Position numbers and translations under genes: made by a program. Under the pieces are notes generated by a model. The model had not been told where the DNA came from and did no database searches. It worked only from the letters and a program-made list of their open reading frames with translations. From assembly GCA_039586365.1 (NCBI GenBank), contig JBDHKN010000002.1, positions 75,124-139,123 of the forward strand: a stretch of DNA of 64,000 nucleotides, read 5' to 3'. The DNA comes from Gemmatimonadota bacterium. Lineage in GTDB: Bacteria; Gemmatimonadota; Gemmatimonadetes; Gemmatimonadales; GWC2-71-9. This document shows, in pieces, positions 9,019-19,369 of this stretch (position 1 is the stretch's first letter; the number at the start of each line of letters is the position of its first letter).

Positions 9019-9609
9019 CTAGGAAGGTGCGTTGCGCCTCGGCACGAACCTGGGGACTCTGCTACAGTAGGCAGCATACTCTGCGCCGAAACGACCCCGC
9101 AGCTCTCGCTCCTCCAGCACTACGATCAAGTACATCACAGGAATACACAACCCAACCGCAACGTAGGCTCCCAGATAGTTGGCAAAGAGAGCATACGCGA
9201 GACTCCAGAACAAGGCCTCGACGTAACGGGGGTGACGAATGGTGCCGTAGATACCGCCTGTGAGAAGCGTGCCTTTGTTCGACTTCGACAGCTCCGGCAT
9301 TCCAACAAGGACACTGTATTTCAGGTGTTTCCTTCGTTTGACGCCAATCGCTATTCCCACCGCCAGGCTCAAGGCTGTCGGAACCAGCAATGTATAGTGA
9401 GTACCAAGATCGCTACCGAGCAACCCGTCACGCAGCAAGAATAGAACCGCCATCAGCGCCACGACAAACGGCGAGAGGACACAGTAGGTCCACCCCGCAC
9501 CAAGCTTGCGCCAGAAACGGATGAAGGGGTGAATGGCAAACCAGAGCAGAAGGCCAGGAGGCAGACTGATCAACAGCGCAACACCAACAATGTACCTTGC
9601 AGTGTTCAT
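9019..9609 (-). CDS. Isoprenylcysteine carboxylmethyltransferase/PEMT family membrane protein
   Basis: LLTGGIYGTIRHPRY and EEREL...FGAEYAAY...VPRFVP. Confidence 0.85.
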   Translation of the reverse strand: MNTARYIVGVALLISLPPGLLLWFAIHPFIRFWRKLGAGWTYCVLSPFVVALMAVLFLLRDGLLGSDLGTHYTLLVPTALSLAVGIAIGVKRRKHLKYSVLVGMPELSKSNKGTLLTGGIYGTIRHPRYVEALFWSLAYALFANYLGAYVAVGLCIPVMYLIVVLEERELRGRFGAEYAAYCSRVPRFVPRRNAPS

Positions 9610-9628
9610 TGCAGTTCCATGTCGCCAC

Positions 9629-10408
9629 CTAGCTCTGCTTGCGCCGCGCGAACTTGAGACCCGACCATGTTGAGTCGATTGCGCAAATCTTGTGGTCAAC
9701 CAGGCCCGCCGCCAGGCCGAGCTTCCGCACTACAGCTTGCGTCAGATCCGTGGTCATACCGGAAGCCTTCTTCGGCCAAGCAAGCCACATCCCACCCTGT
9801 CCAGTCAATTCCGCCATTCGAGCAATACGTCTACTTAGATCCTTGCTGGACTTCACAAACCAGATGATCAAGTCTGACTGCCCCCGAACCGTACTACGAA
9901 AAGTCACACCTGTTGGTAGCGCGCCGATCTGCTGCTCGAACCCGTGCGGCGCGTCGATCAAAGCCACTACCGAATTCTCCTTGATACCCAACTTCTTTGG
10001 TAGTGGCGTTCCCGCGTATCCTGCCAGTACCGAGTCGGGCACCACCGGATCCGTCGGCGGGCGGGCGATGGCTCGCTTCAGTGCACTGCGAATCCGGCTC
10101 CACGCCGTGTACACTGCATCGGGCAGCTGCTGTCTGATCTGTCCGACCTTCTCGCTGTCTCCGCCGACAAACACCAGAGGCACTCCCCGCGTAGCCGTCG
10201 CGTGCCTAATGGCCAGACCCACGTCGCGCCCTTGCCCCGGAAGCCTAGACAGGTCGATAACTACCGCGGCAGGCGGATTACGCTTGAGATCCCGAAGGAC
10301 CACCGGGGCCAGTGGTTCAAACTCGACACCGTATCCAGCAAGCCTGAGTTTGGCCGCCTTCTCCTCGGCTTCGGCGACGTTCCAGTGAATCAGACGGATG
10401 CGCTGCAT
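9629..10408 (-). CDS. Receiver-like domain fused to DUF3052-like domain
   Basis: N-terminal PAAVVIDL...VPLVFV; C-terminal GYAGTPLPKKLGIK, WLAWPKKASG, GLVDHKICAIDSTWSGLKF. Confidence 0.75.
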   Translation of the reverse strand: MQRIRLIHWNVAEAEEKAAKLRLAGYGVEFEPLAPVVLRDLKRNPPAAVVIDLSRLPGQGRDVGLAIRHATATRGVPLVFVGGDSEKVGQIRQQLPDAVYTAWSRIRSALKRAIARPPTDPVVPDSVLAGYAGTPLPKKLGIKENSVVALIDAPHGFEQQIGALPTGVTFRSTVRGQSDLIIWFVKSSKDLSRRIARMAELTGQGGMWLAWPKKASGMTTDLTQAVVRKLGLAAGLVDHKICAIDSTWSGLKFARRKQS

Positions 10409-10500
10409 GTGATCTCCACTGCCGAGGATACTCAGAAACGCGTTCGGAACATTGCCCACTCATCGAGGGTAACCACGGACTCTGATTCTAGCACCAGAGC

Positions 10501-10517
10501 GGTTGCGAAGTGCAACC
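10501..10517. promoter_or_regulatory. Palindrome GGTTGC-N5-GCAACC between divergent genes
   Basis: Perfect 6-bp inverted repeat in a divergent intergenic region. Confidence 0.35.
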
Positions 10518-10593
10518 CGACTGACTTCTTTTGCTCATTGTGATGGGACCGAGCACCAAGATACACAAGGTATCAGCAAAGAGGAGAGCAAAC

Positions 10594-11463
10594 GTGATTA
10601 GACGTAGAACCCGCTGCAGCACGCCCGGCGTCATTGTTCTGGCGGCGAACCTCAGCTTGGTAACAACCGTACAGGCCCAGGACAAGGAACTCGGTACCTT
10701 CTTCACGGCAGAGTTCACCGCGGTTTGGACGGCAGGTAACGCCGAGTCGAACACGCTCGGATTGGCCACCGTGCTGCGGAGAGTATTGGAGAGCGCAGAA
10801 CTCAAGCTCGAAGGCGGCGCTGTGCGGTCCGAGTCATCCCTCAAGACGCGCACTGCTGTCGGAACAACGGACAACTTCCAGATCCAAGAGCAGACCACCA
10901 CCGAGAAGACTGCTGAGGCCTACTACATCCGCGGTCGTTACGACCGCCAGATTGGTGAGCACTTTTTTGGATTCGCTGGAGCTGATTGGCTTCGCAACAC
11001 ATTCGCCGGAATCGACAGTCGAATCCTGCTGGCTGCTGGTGCAGGTAATAGTTGGGTGAACAGCGACCGAGTCAGGGTCAAGACTGACTACAGTGCCACG
11101 TACACCTTTCAAGAGGATGTTGTTGAGAATCCGTTCGTCAAGACCAAATTCCCCGGTGTGCGGTTTGCATATGATCTCTGGGCAAAGCTGACTGAATCAA
11201 CCGAGCTTACCAGTGCCCTAACCAATGACGTGAACCTCGACAATACCAAAGATGTCAGGCTCGACTTCACCAATGCCGTGACCGTCGCCATCAGCTCGAA
11301 ACTCGCCTTCAAACCGTCCCTGCAGCTGCTTTGGCGCAATACTCCTTCGCTCACCGAAGTAGGCCTGGTGGCGACCGACGGAACACCAACCGGTGACAAC
11401 GTGACCGTACCGCTGCAGAAGGTCGACAGCTTCTTCAAAATCGCGCTGGTCGTGAAACTTTGA
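10594..11463 (+). CDS. DUF481 family outer-membrane beta-barrel protein
   Basis: Signal peptide, TAGNAES motif, alternating beta strands; GAGGAG RBS before GTG 10594. Confidence 0.8.
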   Translation: MIRRRTRCSTPGVIVLAANLSLVTTVQAQDKELGTFFTAEFTAVWTAGNAESNTLGLATVLRRVLESAELKLEGGAVRSESSLKTRTAVGTTDNFQIQEQTTTEKTAEAYYIRGRYDRQIGEHFFGFAGADWLRNTFAGIDSRILLAAGAGNSWVNSDRVRVKTDYSATYTFQEDVVENPFVKTKFPGVRFAYDLWAKLTESTELTSALTNDVNLDNTKDVRLDFTNAVTVAISSKLAFKPSLQLLWRNTPSLTEVGLVATDGTPTGDNVTVPLQKVDSFFKIALVVKL

Positions 11464-11640
11464 GGTCTGACGACTCCGGCCAGAACGGAGAAGCAAGCGA
11501 TCGTGACCGGCATGCTACTGCGCATCCGGCACAAGCTCCCCCGCGCGCACTACTGGTGGGGCCAACGCCAGCGGCCCTATCGTCAGCAGCGTAGGACGAT
11601 TAGTGCGCGCTTGACCCCTGTGTCTCTCAGCTAGTGTAAA

Positions 11641-12885
11641 TCACTCGTGGCGAATCGCCTCAATCGGCGTTAGGCTGGCGGCGCGCCGAGCAGGATATGT
11701 CCCGAAAACAAGTCCGATCAACAGTGCTGCCCCGACTGCGGCGGCGATCGATGGCCAAGTGAATGTTGCGTTCACCGGTGCGTCGGTCACAGCCCGGATC
11801 ACAGCCGTACCGGCAAAAGCACCGACCATCCCAAGGATCACTCCGATGAAGCTCCCCACGCTAGAGATTGCTATTGCCTCAGCAAGAAACTGCAGTAGGA
11901 TATCTCGCCCGCGGGCTCCGGCAGCTCTGCGAACACCGATTTCCCGCGTGCGCTCCACCACTGACGCGAGCAGGATGTTCATGATGCCGATCCCTCCAAC
12001 GACGAGCGAGATACCAGTGATGCACCCCATGGTGAGTTTGAAGACTAGAAACGCCTGCCGCGCCTGGGCGACTCTCCCCTCCGAACTGGCTACGGCGAAA
12101 CTCTCTTCAACCGAGCCAAAGCGTCGTTTCAGCCAGCTCTCCACACGATCGCGGACTTGAGGGACTTGCTCGATACGATAGGCTTTCACGGTCGCCATCG
12201 CTGCCCGGCGTCCCTCATCGCTGAGCCAGGCACGGATCACAGGTACCAGTGGCACAATGGCTCTGGCCTGCGGCTGCCCCTCTGCCTGCGCGACTATCCC
12301 GACCACTTCGTAGCTGCTGCCGCCGATGTCGAGGGATTGGCCCAAGACCTGCCGCGTGGAGTCCATTCCCGACAATTGCATGGCGAGCTTCGGTGACAGC
12401 ACCACCACTCGCCTGTCACTCTCGTAATCACCCGGCTCGAGAAAGCGCCCCGCCTCCAAAGTCACTGGAAAAACCGATGTTGCGTTTGGCAGTGTTGCGA
12501 CTACAAGTGCTGCGTACCGGGCAGTGTCACCAGGCAACCTGGCCCAAGCGGATCCAGTGAGCGTCAGTGTCACATCTGCGAGGTCACGGATTTCTTCCGC
12601 GAGATCAGCGATATCCTGCTGTGACAGTTGGACCACATCCGTGCGGCGTACCAGCACTCCGTCGCTGCGATCTACCGTCCTGGGAGTGACTGACACAGTC
12701 TGTAAGTCCGTGGTGAGTTCGATCTGACTCCGAGAGAACTGCTCGAGGCCGTCACCCAACGACAGAATTGCAACGAGTGCTCCGACCCCTATGATCACGC
12801 CAAGTGTCGAGAGCATAGTCCTCAGCGGATTGGCTCGAAGCGTCTCAATCCCAACTGCCAATGAGGCTAGAGATACGAGGTTCAT
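11641..12885 (-). CDS. MacB/FtsX-like ABC transporter permease
   Basis: LSTLGVIIGV, GGIGIMNILLASVVERTREIGVRRAAGA and YPARRAASLTPIEAIRHE. Confidence 0.9.
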   Translation of the reverse strand: MNLVSLASLAVGIETLRANPLRTMLSTLGVIIGVGALVAILSLGDGLEQFSRSQIELTTDLQTVSVTPRTVDRSDGVLVRRTDVVQLSQQDIADLAEEIRDLADVTLTLTGSAWARLPGDTARYAALVVATLPNATSVFPVTLEAGRFLEPGDYESDRRVVVLSPKLAMQLSGMDSTRQVLGQSLDIGGSSYEVVGIVAQAEGQPQARAIVPLVPVIRAWLSDEGRRAAMATVKAYRIEQVPQVRDRVESWLKRRFGSVEESFAVASSEGRVAQARQAFLVFKLTMGCITGISLVVGGIGIMNILLASVVERTREIGVRRAAGARGRDILLQFLAEAIAISSVGSFIGVILGMVGAFAGTAVIRAVTDAPVNATFTWPSIAAAVGAALLIGLVFGTYPARRAASLTPIEAIRHE

Positions 12886-12898
12886 CCGGTAGCGGTTC

Positions 12899-13489
12899 TC
12901 ACTCCTTCAATACCATGTCGATGCACACCACAGCTGCCAGAATGAGCTGTCGCAGCGGGCTATCCGGAGGGACGTCATCGGCTATCTGCAACACGTAGTT
13001 GTCAGCACTAGTGAAGAACTCCTTACCGATGCCCGCCCACTTCTTGGTGACGTGAGCCAGTTCTCTATCGCCTGCCTTGAAGCGAAAGTCCCAGCCTGTC
13101 CACTTTCCCTGTAAGTGGCACAACGGTCGGTCATCCTTGTCCAGCACTTCGAAGGCCCCACCTATCGACATCAGTCTCTGGCGAAATCCACCCAGGCGCG
13201 CGTTTGACTCGTCTAGTACGGCCACATGAGAGCGCAAGAACGACACCCCGCGGGTCACTCTGACCAGCTGACGGCCATCGCGCGCATTGATACGTATATC
13301 GAACGGAGTCATGCGCTTATAGTTGGTGAAACGCAACAGTTTTGTAACGGGACCTAGACTCTCTTCCCGACACAGCATGATCATGTCACCCGTCGCCGGA
13401 TCGAAGATGTCATAGTTGTTGGCCGCCTTGAAAACTCCGACATGCTCCTTGACCAAGAACAGGTTCTTGCTGAGACACTCGTGCATCAT
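12899..13489 (-). CDS. Scramblase/LURP-one-like family protein
   Basis: VKEHVGVFKAANNYDI...KKWAGIGKEFFTSADNY...AAVVCID. Confidence 0.8.
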   Translation of the reverse strand: MMHECLSKNLFLVKEHVGVFKAANNYDIFDPATGDMIMLCREESLGPVTKLLRFTNYKRMTPFDIRINARDGRQLVRVTRGVSFLRSHVAVLDESNARLGGFRQRLMSIGGAFEVLDKDDRPLCHLQGKWTGWDFRFKAGDRELAHVTKKWAGIGKEFFTSADNYVLQIADDVPPDSPLRQLILAAVVCIDMVLKE

Positions 13490-13683
13490 TCGTTCCTCTT
13501 GAGCCAGGGTATAGGTGGAACCGCTGACTGCAGTGCTCTACCGGATTCTTGCCAGCTAGCAGTCCTGTGTCGTTGTGACCGTCGTTCCACAGATCCTCAC
13601 AAGGCCACCTCTCTCCCGGGTCAGTACGGACCGGGTTACCCCGCCGCGCGACATACCTCCATGGCCTCGGCCACTACCCGACA

Positions 13684-14553
13684 TCACAGCAAGCATTCCA
13701 TTTCATATTGCCTAGCGTACACCTCAAAACCGATCACATGCGCGAAACGCAGCATCACTTCGTCGCTGCTAAGCACATTGATCATCTTCACCCTGGGCGC
13801 GCGCCCCCACAGGCGGTCGACCAAGTGCTTCACAAGCCCCGTGCCGATTCCTTGCAGCCGATGGTGCCTGTGCACAACCACGTTCAGGACCCAGTTCAAC
13901 GTCGGATAGTAGGCCAAGATACCAGCGGCGTCACCATCGAGCTGGGCAGCATAGACCCAAACATCATCCCGGATTCGCTGAATTGACGCGAGGCTATTCT
14001 CCCACGATGGTAGCCAATCCAGACTCTCGGAGAACTCTCCCAACCGATCCCTAGGGACTGACTGAATCGCGATCCTCTCGTTGGCGTTCCTGTGGAATAC
14101 GGCCCTGTTGAGATCCAACTCGAGACAGTCGAACTCCCGCGTCACCTTGAAGCCGGCCTTCAAATAGGCCTTGACTGCTGCGTCATTATCCTGCAACACC
14201 TCCAGCTGGAGCCGCTTCACTCCTCGCGCCTTGAGTCGATTCGTCGCGTACTCGAACAATTCCCCGGCAATCCCTTTACCTCGGTACGGTTTGACAAGAC
14301 CCGTCGCGATATCGAATGCGGACAACACGCCGTTCCAATGGTCGACGCCTATGAGCGTAAAGCCAACCATCATGTCCCCATCGTACACACCGACGGAAGA
14401 CTCGAAGTCTATGCCGTTCTTGAGCGCTCTATTGAGAGTGACCTCCGAGGTCATGTAGCGCATGTCCAAAGGGTAGTCGTCAAACGCTCGTACGAAGGTA
14501 TCATGCACTTCGGACAGTTCATCTGGCGACAGGAATCGGTATTGGATCGACAC
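13684..14553 (-). CDS. Tandem GNAT N-acetyltransferase
   Basis: Two acetyl-CoA motifs (YRGKGIA, HRLQGIG) and LEVLQDN.AAVKAY.KAGF. Confidence 0.88.
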   Translation of the reverse strand: MSIQYRFLSPDELSEVHDTFVRAFDDYPLDMRYMTSEVTLNRALKNGIDFESSVGVYDGDMMVGFTLIGVDHWNGVLSAFDIATGLVKPYRGKGIAGELFEYATNRLKARGVKRLQLEVLQDNDAAVKAYLKAGFKVTREFDCLELDLNRAVFHRNANERIAIQSVPRDRLGEFSESLDWLPSWENSLASIQRIRDDVWVYAAQLDGDAAGILAYYPTLNWVLNVVVHRHHRLQGIGTGLVKHLVDRLWGRAPRVKMINVLSSDEVMLRFAHVIGFEVYARQYEMECLL

Positions 14554-14816
14554 TGGTGCGCCTTGACGGTCTTCCTCTAGCGGAACTCGAGGACGGCGAG
14601 GTCGCCTTCTATTTGTATCTCTGTTCCAAACCGAGCCGCGAAAGCGGCCCGTCGAGACGTGGCATCCCTGCGACTTCGCGTACCCCACCCCTACTCGGGC
14701 AAGAGCGTGCTCTCGCTAAGCTCAGCGAGCTCAAGTGATCTGAACAGGACGGACTCCAAATCCATCTCATGGGCGGACTACACCATGCCACGCATTCGCT
14801 GACGGGAGTGGAGCGA

Positions 14817-15377
14817 TCAGCCTGGCCACAGCCAACCGAAGACTCCGGCCGTGAACAGTCCGTAGGCGAGTGAGTCGATGAGATGCTTGCCTACTGCGCC
14901 CCAAGGCCGACCGAACCACACGGCATCTTGCACCACTCCTGCCCCGTAAGCCAACCAAGCGACCGTGCCAGTGATGCGAAAGACCGCAAGGTATGCAGCC
15001 CCTGGAGAGATGGTCCGACTTGCTACATACGCCACACAGAAACTCACAGCGAGATAGTATACGAACGAGAGGACCATGCCCTTGGCCATCGACGGAGCCC
15101 CTCTCGGGACCACTGTCATGAAGCCGGCAGGGCCCTCTTCGAATTTCTTGAGCATTTCCGGTTTCTTTATTTCGTCCCTAGAGGACAAATGGGGAACATC
15201 GTATTGGCCGGGCGGCAGGTTCTGCGGTACCAGGGCACTCCGCACTGCAGCTTCATCGGGGAACCCCCTGTAATCGGACTTGTGGTGCGGGAGTACAGTC
15301 CAGATCACAGCACTGATGATCCAAACAACAACAGCGGACAGCAGGATCGCAAGCCAGAGTGAGCCAATCGTAACCAC
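14817..15377 (-). CDS. Conserved hypothetical membrane protein
   Basis: Four hydrophobic segments, LPHHKSD, C-terminal FGWLWP; GGGAGG RBS. Confidence 0.75.
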   Translation of the reverse strand: MVTIGSLWLAILLSAVVVWIISAVIWTVLPHHKSDYRGFPDEAAVRSALVPQNLPPGQYDVPHLSSRDEIKKPEMLKKFEEGPAGFMTVVPRGAPSMAKGMVLSFVYYLAVSFCVAYVASRTISPGAAYLAVFRITGTVAWLAYGAGVVQDAVWFGRPWGAVGKHLIDSLAYGLFTAGVFGWLWPG

Positions 15378-15568
15378 GCGAACCTCCCTTGCTCAAAAGG
15401 CGCCAAGTCACTTCCTGACTTGTGTCCACCAGCCGACTGTTACACAAATCAGGTTCGAGCCGTAGGCTTCGGGTAAGATTACCTGCTGCTAGCGGGTCCG
15501 CTAGGATCCGAACTGTCGCCGACAGCCACCGGTCAACGAGCGTTTGAATCGGCGATTGCAGCGGGGGA

Positions 15569-16315
15569 TCATCTTAGTACGAAGCTCACCCTAACCTCGG
15601 CGGTGACCGCGAGCTGTCCTGGAGTCATGGGTCCTTCAGGTTCACCTGACTGCCCGCCGACATTCTGGATCACGTTCTGGGTCATGGTACCCCGCGACCG
15701 CGAGCCCCACCACGACCCGTACGACGACCACCAGCCGACGTAGCCTTCCTGAATCGAGCGTGGTTCCCCAACCTCGAGCCCGAGCTCAGCTGCCATCGCT
15801 GCGGCTTTCTCTTTGGCTGCTTTCAGCGCCTGAGAGCGTGCCTGGTCGCGGTATCTTCTCAACTCGGTCGTCCGAAAATCGATCCCGTGCACATAATTCG
15901 CTCCGGCCTCGAGGACGCCTGACAATAGCGACTCGAACTTGTCGATGTCCCGCAACGTCACTACCAACGTCTTCCGCACTGCGTACCCGACGAAATTGCG
16001 CCGCCGCTCATACTCATATTCGTAGTGAGGTTCGATATTCAGATAGTCAGTCTGTAGATGGCTTCGGCTAATTCCATGCTCGATTGCCACAGCGAGAACT
16101 GCTTGGATCCGGACGTCGTTGGCGGCCTTGGCGGTTGCCAAGTCGAGATCAAAAGTCTCGACGCCGAGTGTCAGGAGCACCTCGTCGGGCGTCACGCGAA
16201 CCTCGGCGCGACCCGAAACACTGATCAGTGGTGGCTCACCCGATTCCTGAGTCCAAGCGTGCGGGGATACTGCAACGACCAAGGTCAGTAGCGCACTGAG
16301 GATTCTGGACATCAT
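15569..16315 (-). CDS. SIMPL (DUF541) domain protein
   Basis: ISVSGRAEVRVTPD...AAKEKAAAMAAELG...VTAEVRVSF. Confidence 0.9.
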   Translation of the reverse strand: MMSRILSALLTLVVAVSPHAWTQESGEPPLISVSGRAEVRVTPDEVLLTLGVETFDLDLATAKAANDVRIQAVLAVAIEHGISRSHLQTDYLNIEPHYEYEYERRRNFVGYAVRKTLVVTLRDIDKFESLLSGVLEAGANYVHGIDFRTTELRRYRDQARSQALKAAKEKAAAMAAELGLEVGEPRSIQEGYVGWWSSYGSWWGSRSRGTMTQNVIQNVGGQSGEPEGPMTPGQLAVTAEVRVSFVLR

Positions 16316-16357
16316 TCAATCTCTCCGGTTACTGATTCGCAGCCACATTACTCGCGC

Positions 16358-17128
16358 TCAACGGTTCGACCAAATACGCCTGATCCAGGGCACTGCCAAC
16401 GCCACCGACTCCACATAGGCCATTACGTCGTAATGGCCTATACCATCAACTGCGACGAACTCGATCGATGCACCCTTAGCTCCGAGATCCACCACAGCCT
16501 GTTCAACCCTGTCAAAAGCAATCAACTCATCGGCGCGACTGTGAACCACGAAGAACGGAATGCTGCGCAGGCTCTCGCGCCAGGGTACCGTACCTTCCCG
16601 CAAGAACCGCCGATACTCCGGTTCTTCGGTGCTGTCCCCCCGGACCACCGTGGGCGCTGTCGCAATTGGGATCGCGGCACTGAAGAAGTCCGCATATTCA
16701 GCAGCCATATACCAGGTGCCCAACCCCCCCAAGCTGAAGCCCGTGACTAGCACCCGCCGGGGATCGATCTCGAACTCCGACCGGATCTGATCCATGACGG
16801 CCCAGATTGCATGCTGACTGCGAGGACTCAGCCAATCACGTTCGGGAGCATCCGGGGCCACCATGATCGCTCCCAACTCCTCGAAAGCCGGAGCGATGAG
16901 TCGGATGAGAAAAGTCAATCCGAAAAAGCTCGGCAACTCACCTTCCCAGCTGTGGTGTAGCGCAAGCATCAACGGCACAGGCTGCTCCAGATCGACGCCC
17001 TCTGGCAGCGCAATGGCGTATCGCACCTCGGAACCGTCCTCCAGCGTGAGAGTCCTCCGCTGGATCTCTGAGCTGATCGGAGTTGAATACGTCGTAAGGA
17101 AAATCAGGCACAGCTGAAAAACGTTCAC
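16358..17128 (-). CDS. Alpha/beta hydrolase (predicted peptidase/esterase)
   Basis: TGFSLGG nucleophile elbow, HSRADE and GIGH triad residues. Confidence 0.85.
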   Translation of the reverse strand: MNVFQLCLIFLTTYSTPISSEIQRRTLTLEDGSEVRYAIALPEGVDLEQPVPLMLALHHSWEGELPSFFGLTFLIRLIAPAFEELGAIMVAPDAPERDWLSPRSQHAIWAVMDQIRSEFEIDPRRVLVTGFSLGGLGTWYMAAEYADFFSAAIPIATAPTVVRGDSTEEPEYRRFLREGTVPWRESLRSIPFFVVHSRADELIAFDRVEQAVVDLGAKGASIEFVAVDGIGHYDVMAYVESVALAVPWIRRIWSNR

Positions 17129-17365
17129 AATCCCAGTCCTTTCAGCACTGGCTGCGCGCCACGCTTAGTACGCTTGTCATGCTCGACACGCTGTCCCTCT
17201 CATCCAGCTCACAGCGACCTCCCGCCACAACTGGATTCCGGTAGTTGTACCCCTGAGAGGCTCACTCTGTCAGGAAAGGACAAAGCCTTGGATGGCAGGA
17301 AGAGGTATCTCATACCTGGAGGTCCAAAGTAAGTCCGCGTGATCGAACCACCAACACAAACGACA

Positions 17366-17394
17366 TTGATCGGACCGACCGGTCGTCTTATCAT
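17366..17394 (+). promoter_or_regulatory. Sigma70-type promoter with GACC-N4-GGTC operator, probable leaderless transcript
   Basis: TTGATC-17 bp-TATCAT; the spacer contains GACCGACCGGTC; ATG lies 6 nt after the -10 and has no SD. Confidence 0.7.
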
Positions 17395-17400
17395 AGCCCC

Positions 17401-17988
17401 ATGTCGCCGGATACGTCGCGAAGCAGGCTCATCCGTGAAGCCAAGACACTCATGCTGGCCAAGGGATATTCCGGCACCACCGTTGACGAAATCTGTAGGG
17501 CGGCCGCAGTTAGCAAGGGTAGTTTCTACCATTTCTTCCATTCCAAGGAGCAACTCGGCCTGACTGTCCTCGACGAGTACTTCTCGTCCACACTCCAGCC
17601 TCTGATGAACGGTCCTTTTGTCGAGATCGACGATCCGATCCAGCGCGCTCTGGCGCTCATCGAATATGCTGAAACGATCTCCGCTGATATCTGGGCCGAA
17701 GGATGCCTGCTCGGCAGCTTCGCCGTCGACCTGGCTGAAACCAGTACCAAGGTCCGCCAGCAGGTATCCAGCCGATTCCTTCGCCTTGAGCGAGAGTTGG
17801 CTCAGATCTTCAAGGCGGCCGGGCTCGGGAAGGCTGGAGATGCCACAGCAACACCCGAGGAACTGGCCGGGCACTTCATAGCGGCAATCGAAGGATCCAT
17901 CGTGCTGGCCAGAGCTCACAACGACACCAAGCGTATTGCCCGGACAATCCGCGATTTCGGTCGGTACATAAAGCTGCTAATCAGCTGA
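17401..17988 (+). CDS. TetR/AcrR family regulator (NemR-like)
   Basis: HTH TTVDEICRAAAVSKGSFYHFFHSKE; GCLLGS motif. Confidence 0.92.
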   Translation: MSPDTSRSRLIREAKTLMLAKGYSGTTVDEICRAAAVSKGSFYHFFHSKEQLGLTVLDEYFSSTLQPLMNGPFVEIDDPIQRALALIEYAETISADIWAEGCLLGSFAVDLAETSTKVRQQVSSRFLRLERELAQIFKAAGLGKAGDATATPEELAGHFIAAIEGSIVLARAHNDTKRIARTIRDFGRYIKLLIS

Positions 17989-18831
17989 CCCATCCGCTTC
18001 CCGGCTGCTTGCTGCGCCTGACCAGCCAGCATTCTGTCCGCCACTGTTAGTCTGAGTTGAACTCGCGAGAAGATGAAGAGTCTCCTCGTGAAGCACCCCG
18101 TTCGAAGTCACGAGACTGCCGCCATAGATCGTACGCTCTCCCGCTAGTGTCGTGGCCGATCCCCCTGCTTCCTCGACGATCACCTGCAGTGGCGCAATGT
18201 CCCATGGCTTGACGATTGGGTCGATAGCGATCTCCCCTGCACCCTCTGCAACGAGCATGTGCTGATAGAAGTCGCCAAAACCTCGTGTACGCTCGACTCG
18301 ATTCATGAGGCCCAGCATTCCTTCTGGGACCCCCGGCTCACCGGTGCCGCCTATGTTGCTGTGGAATAGTTGCGCCTCCGCCAGCGTCCTTATCTTGGAG
18401 GTTCGTAACAGGCGAGATCCACTATGAGCACCACGGCCGCGTTGGGCGCTCCAACGCAGTCCCATGGCAGGGGCTGACACGACACCGGCAACTACCTCGT
18501 GGTCAACCTCAATTGCGAGTAGGGTGGCGAAGATGGGTATGCCACGCACGAAATTCCTCGTGGCGTCGATAGGATCGATGATCAGACGAACCTCTGAAGA
18601 TCCAGCGGTCTCACCCAACTCTTCCCCAAAGACGCCCACTTCCGGACACCGCCTGGAAATCACGTGTCTGGCTCTTTCCTCTATGGCCCGATCAGCTTCG
18701 GTTACTGGAGAGCAGTCGCCCTTCTCCTCAATTTGCAGGTCCGTCGCGCGATACAGGCGCAGCGCAATATCATCGGCCTGGTTGGCCATGTCGTGCAGTA
18801 GGGTGAGCCATTCCATCGTTGCTGAGTTCAT
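17977..18831 (-). CDS. hisN: Histidinol-phosphatase, inositol monophosphatase family
   Basis: SPVTEAD, IIDPIDATRNFVRG, RTRGFGDFYQHMLVAEG and WDIAP. Confidence 0.8.
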   Translation of the reverse strand: MNSATMEWLTLLHDMANQADDIALRLYRATDLQIEEKGDCSPVTEADRAIEERARHVISRRCPEVGVFGEELGETAGSSEVRLIIDPIDATRNFVRGIPIFATLLAIEVDHEVVAGVVSAPAMGLRWSAQRGRGAHSGSRLLRTSKIRTLAEAQLFHSNIGGTGEPGVPEGMLGLMNRVERTRGFGDFYQHMLVAEGAGEIAIDPIVKPWDIAPLQVIVEEAGGSATTLAGERTIYGGSLVTSNGVLHEETLHLLASSTQTNSGGQNAGWSGAASSREADGSAD

Positions 18832-18925
18832 CGGCGTCAGATCAAGACCGGGGATTCACTTCGGTGTCTCAGGCAAGCGCCCTCTCATACTCAATCATCA
18901 GGTACTCATCGAACAGTTCGCCCGG

Positions 18926-19369
18926 CTACCGAGCTACCTCCGCAAAGCCGCAGCTCTCGTACATGGTCCGCGCAGCAGCGAAGAAGGGATGCTCATCGGT
19001 CTGCACCCGAGCTCTGGCATAACCCGCTCTGGTGAATCGCCGCAGGATCTCGCCTATCTGCAGCTGGCCATATCCTTTGCGCCGGTACTCCGGCAGGACG
19101 CAATTGTGACCCAAGATACCTAGCGAGGGCCACCTCGTTGGATTCCAAGACGCGAAGCCAATGACGTGGCCCTTCAGCGAAGTAACGAAACCGCTTCCCC
19201 CGATGGTGTCAGGCTCTTCAAACACAGCGGTATCATACCCCTGCCAGTCAGCGAGTAGCTCAGTCACTCTGTCTTTCGGTAACTCTTGCAGCAGCGACGC
19301 ATAACTCACTGCCAAAATGCGCCATATCAGTCCGGGCTCGTAATACGCGAACGGAGTGAAGCCAATCAT
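18926..19369 (-). CDS. GNAT N-acetyltransferase
   Basis: CVLPEYRRKGYG and MYESCGF; ATGA overlap with the upstream gene. Confidence 0.85.
   Translation of the reverse strand: MIGFTPFAYYEPGLIWRILAVSYASLLQELPKDRVTELLADWQGYDTAVFEEPDTIGGSGFVTSLKGHVIGFASWNPTRWPSLGILGHNCVLPEYRRKGYGQLQIGEILRRFTRAGYARARVQTDEHPFFAAARTMYESCGFAEVAR

Noticed and set aside
17209..17919. 236-aa minus-strand ORF
   Set aside because: It is the antisense shadow of the TetR gene.
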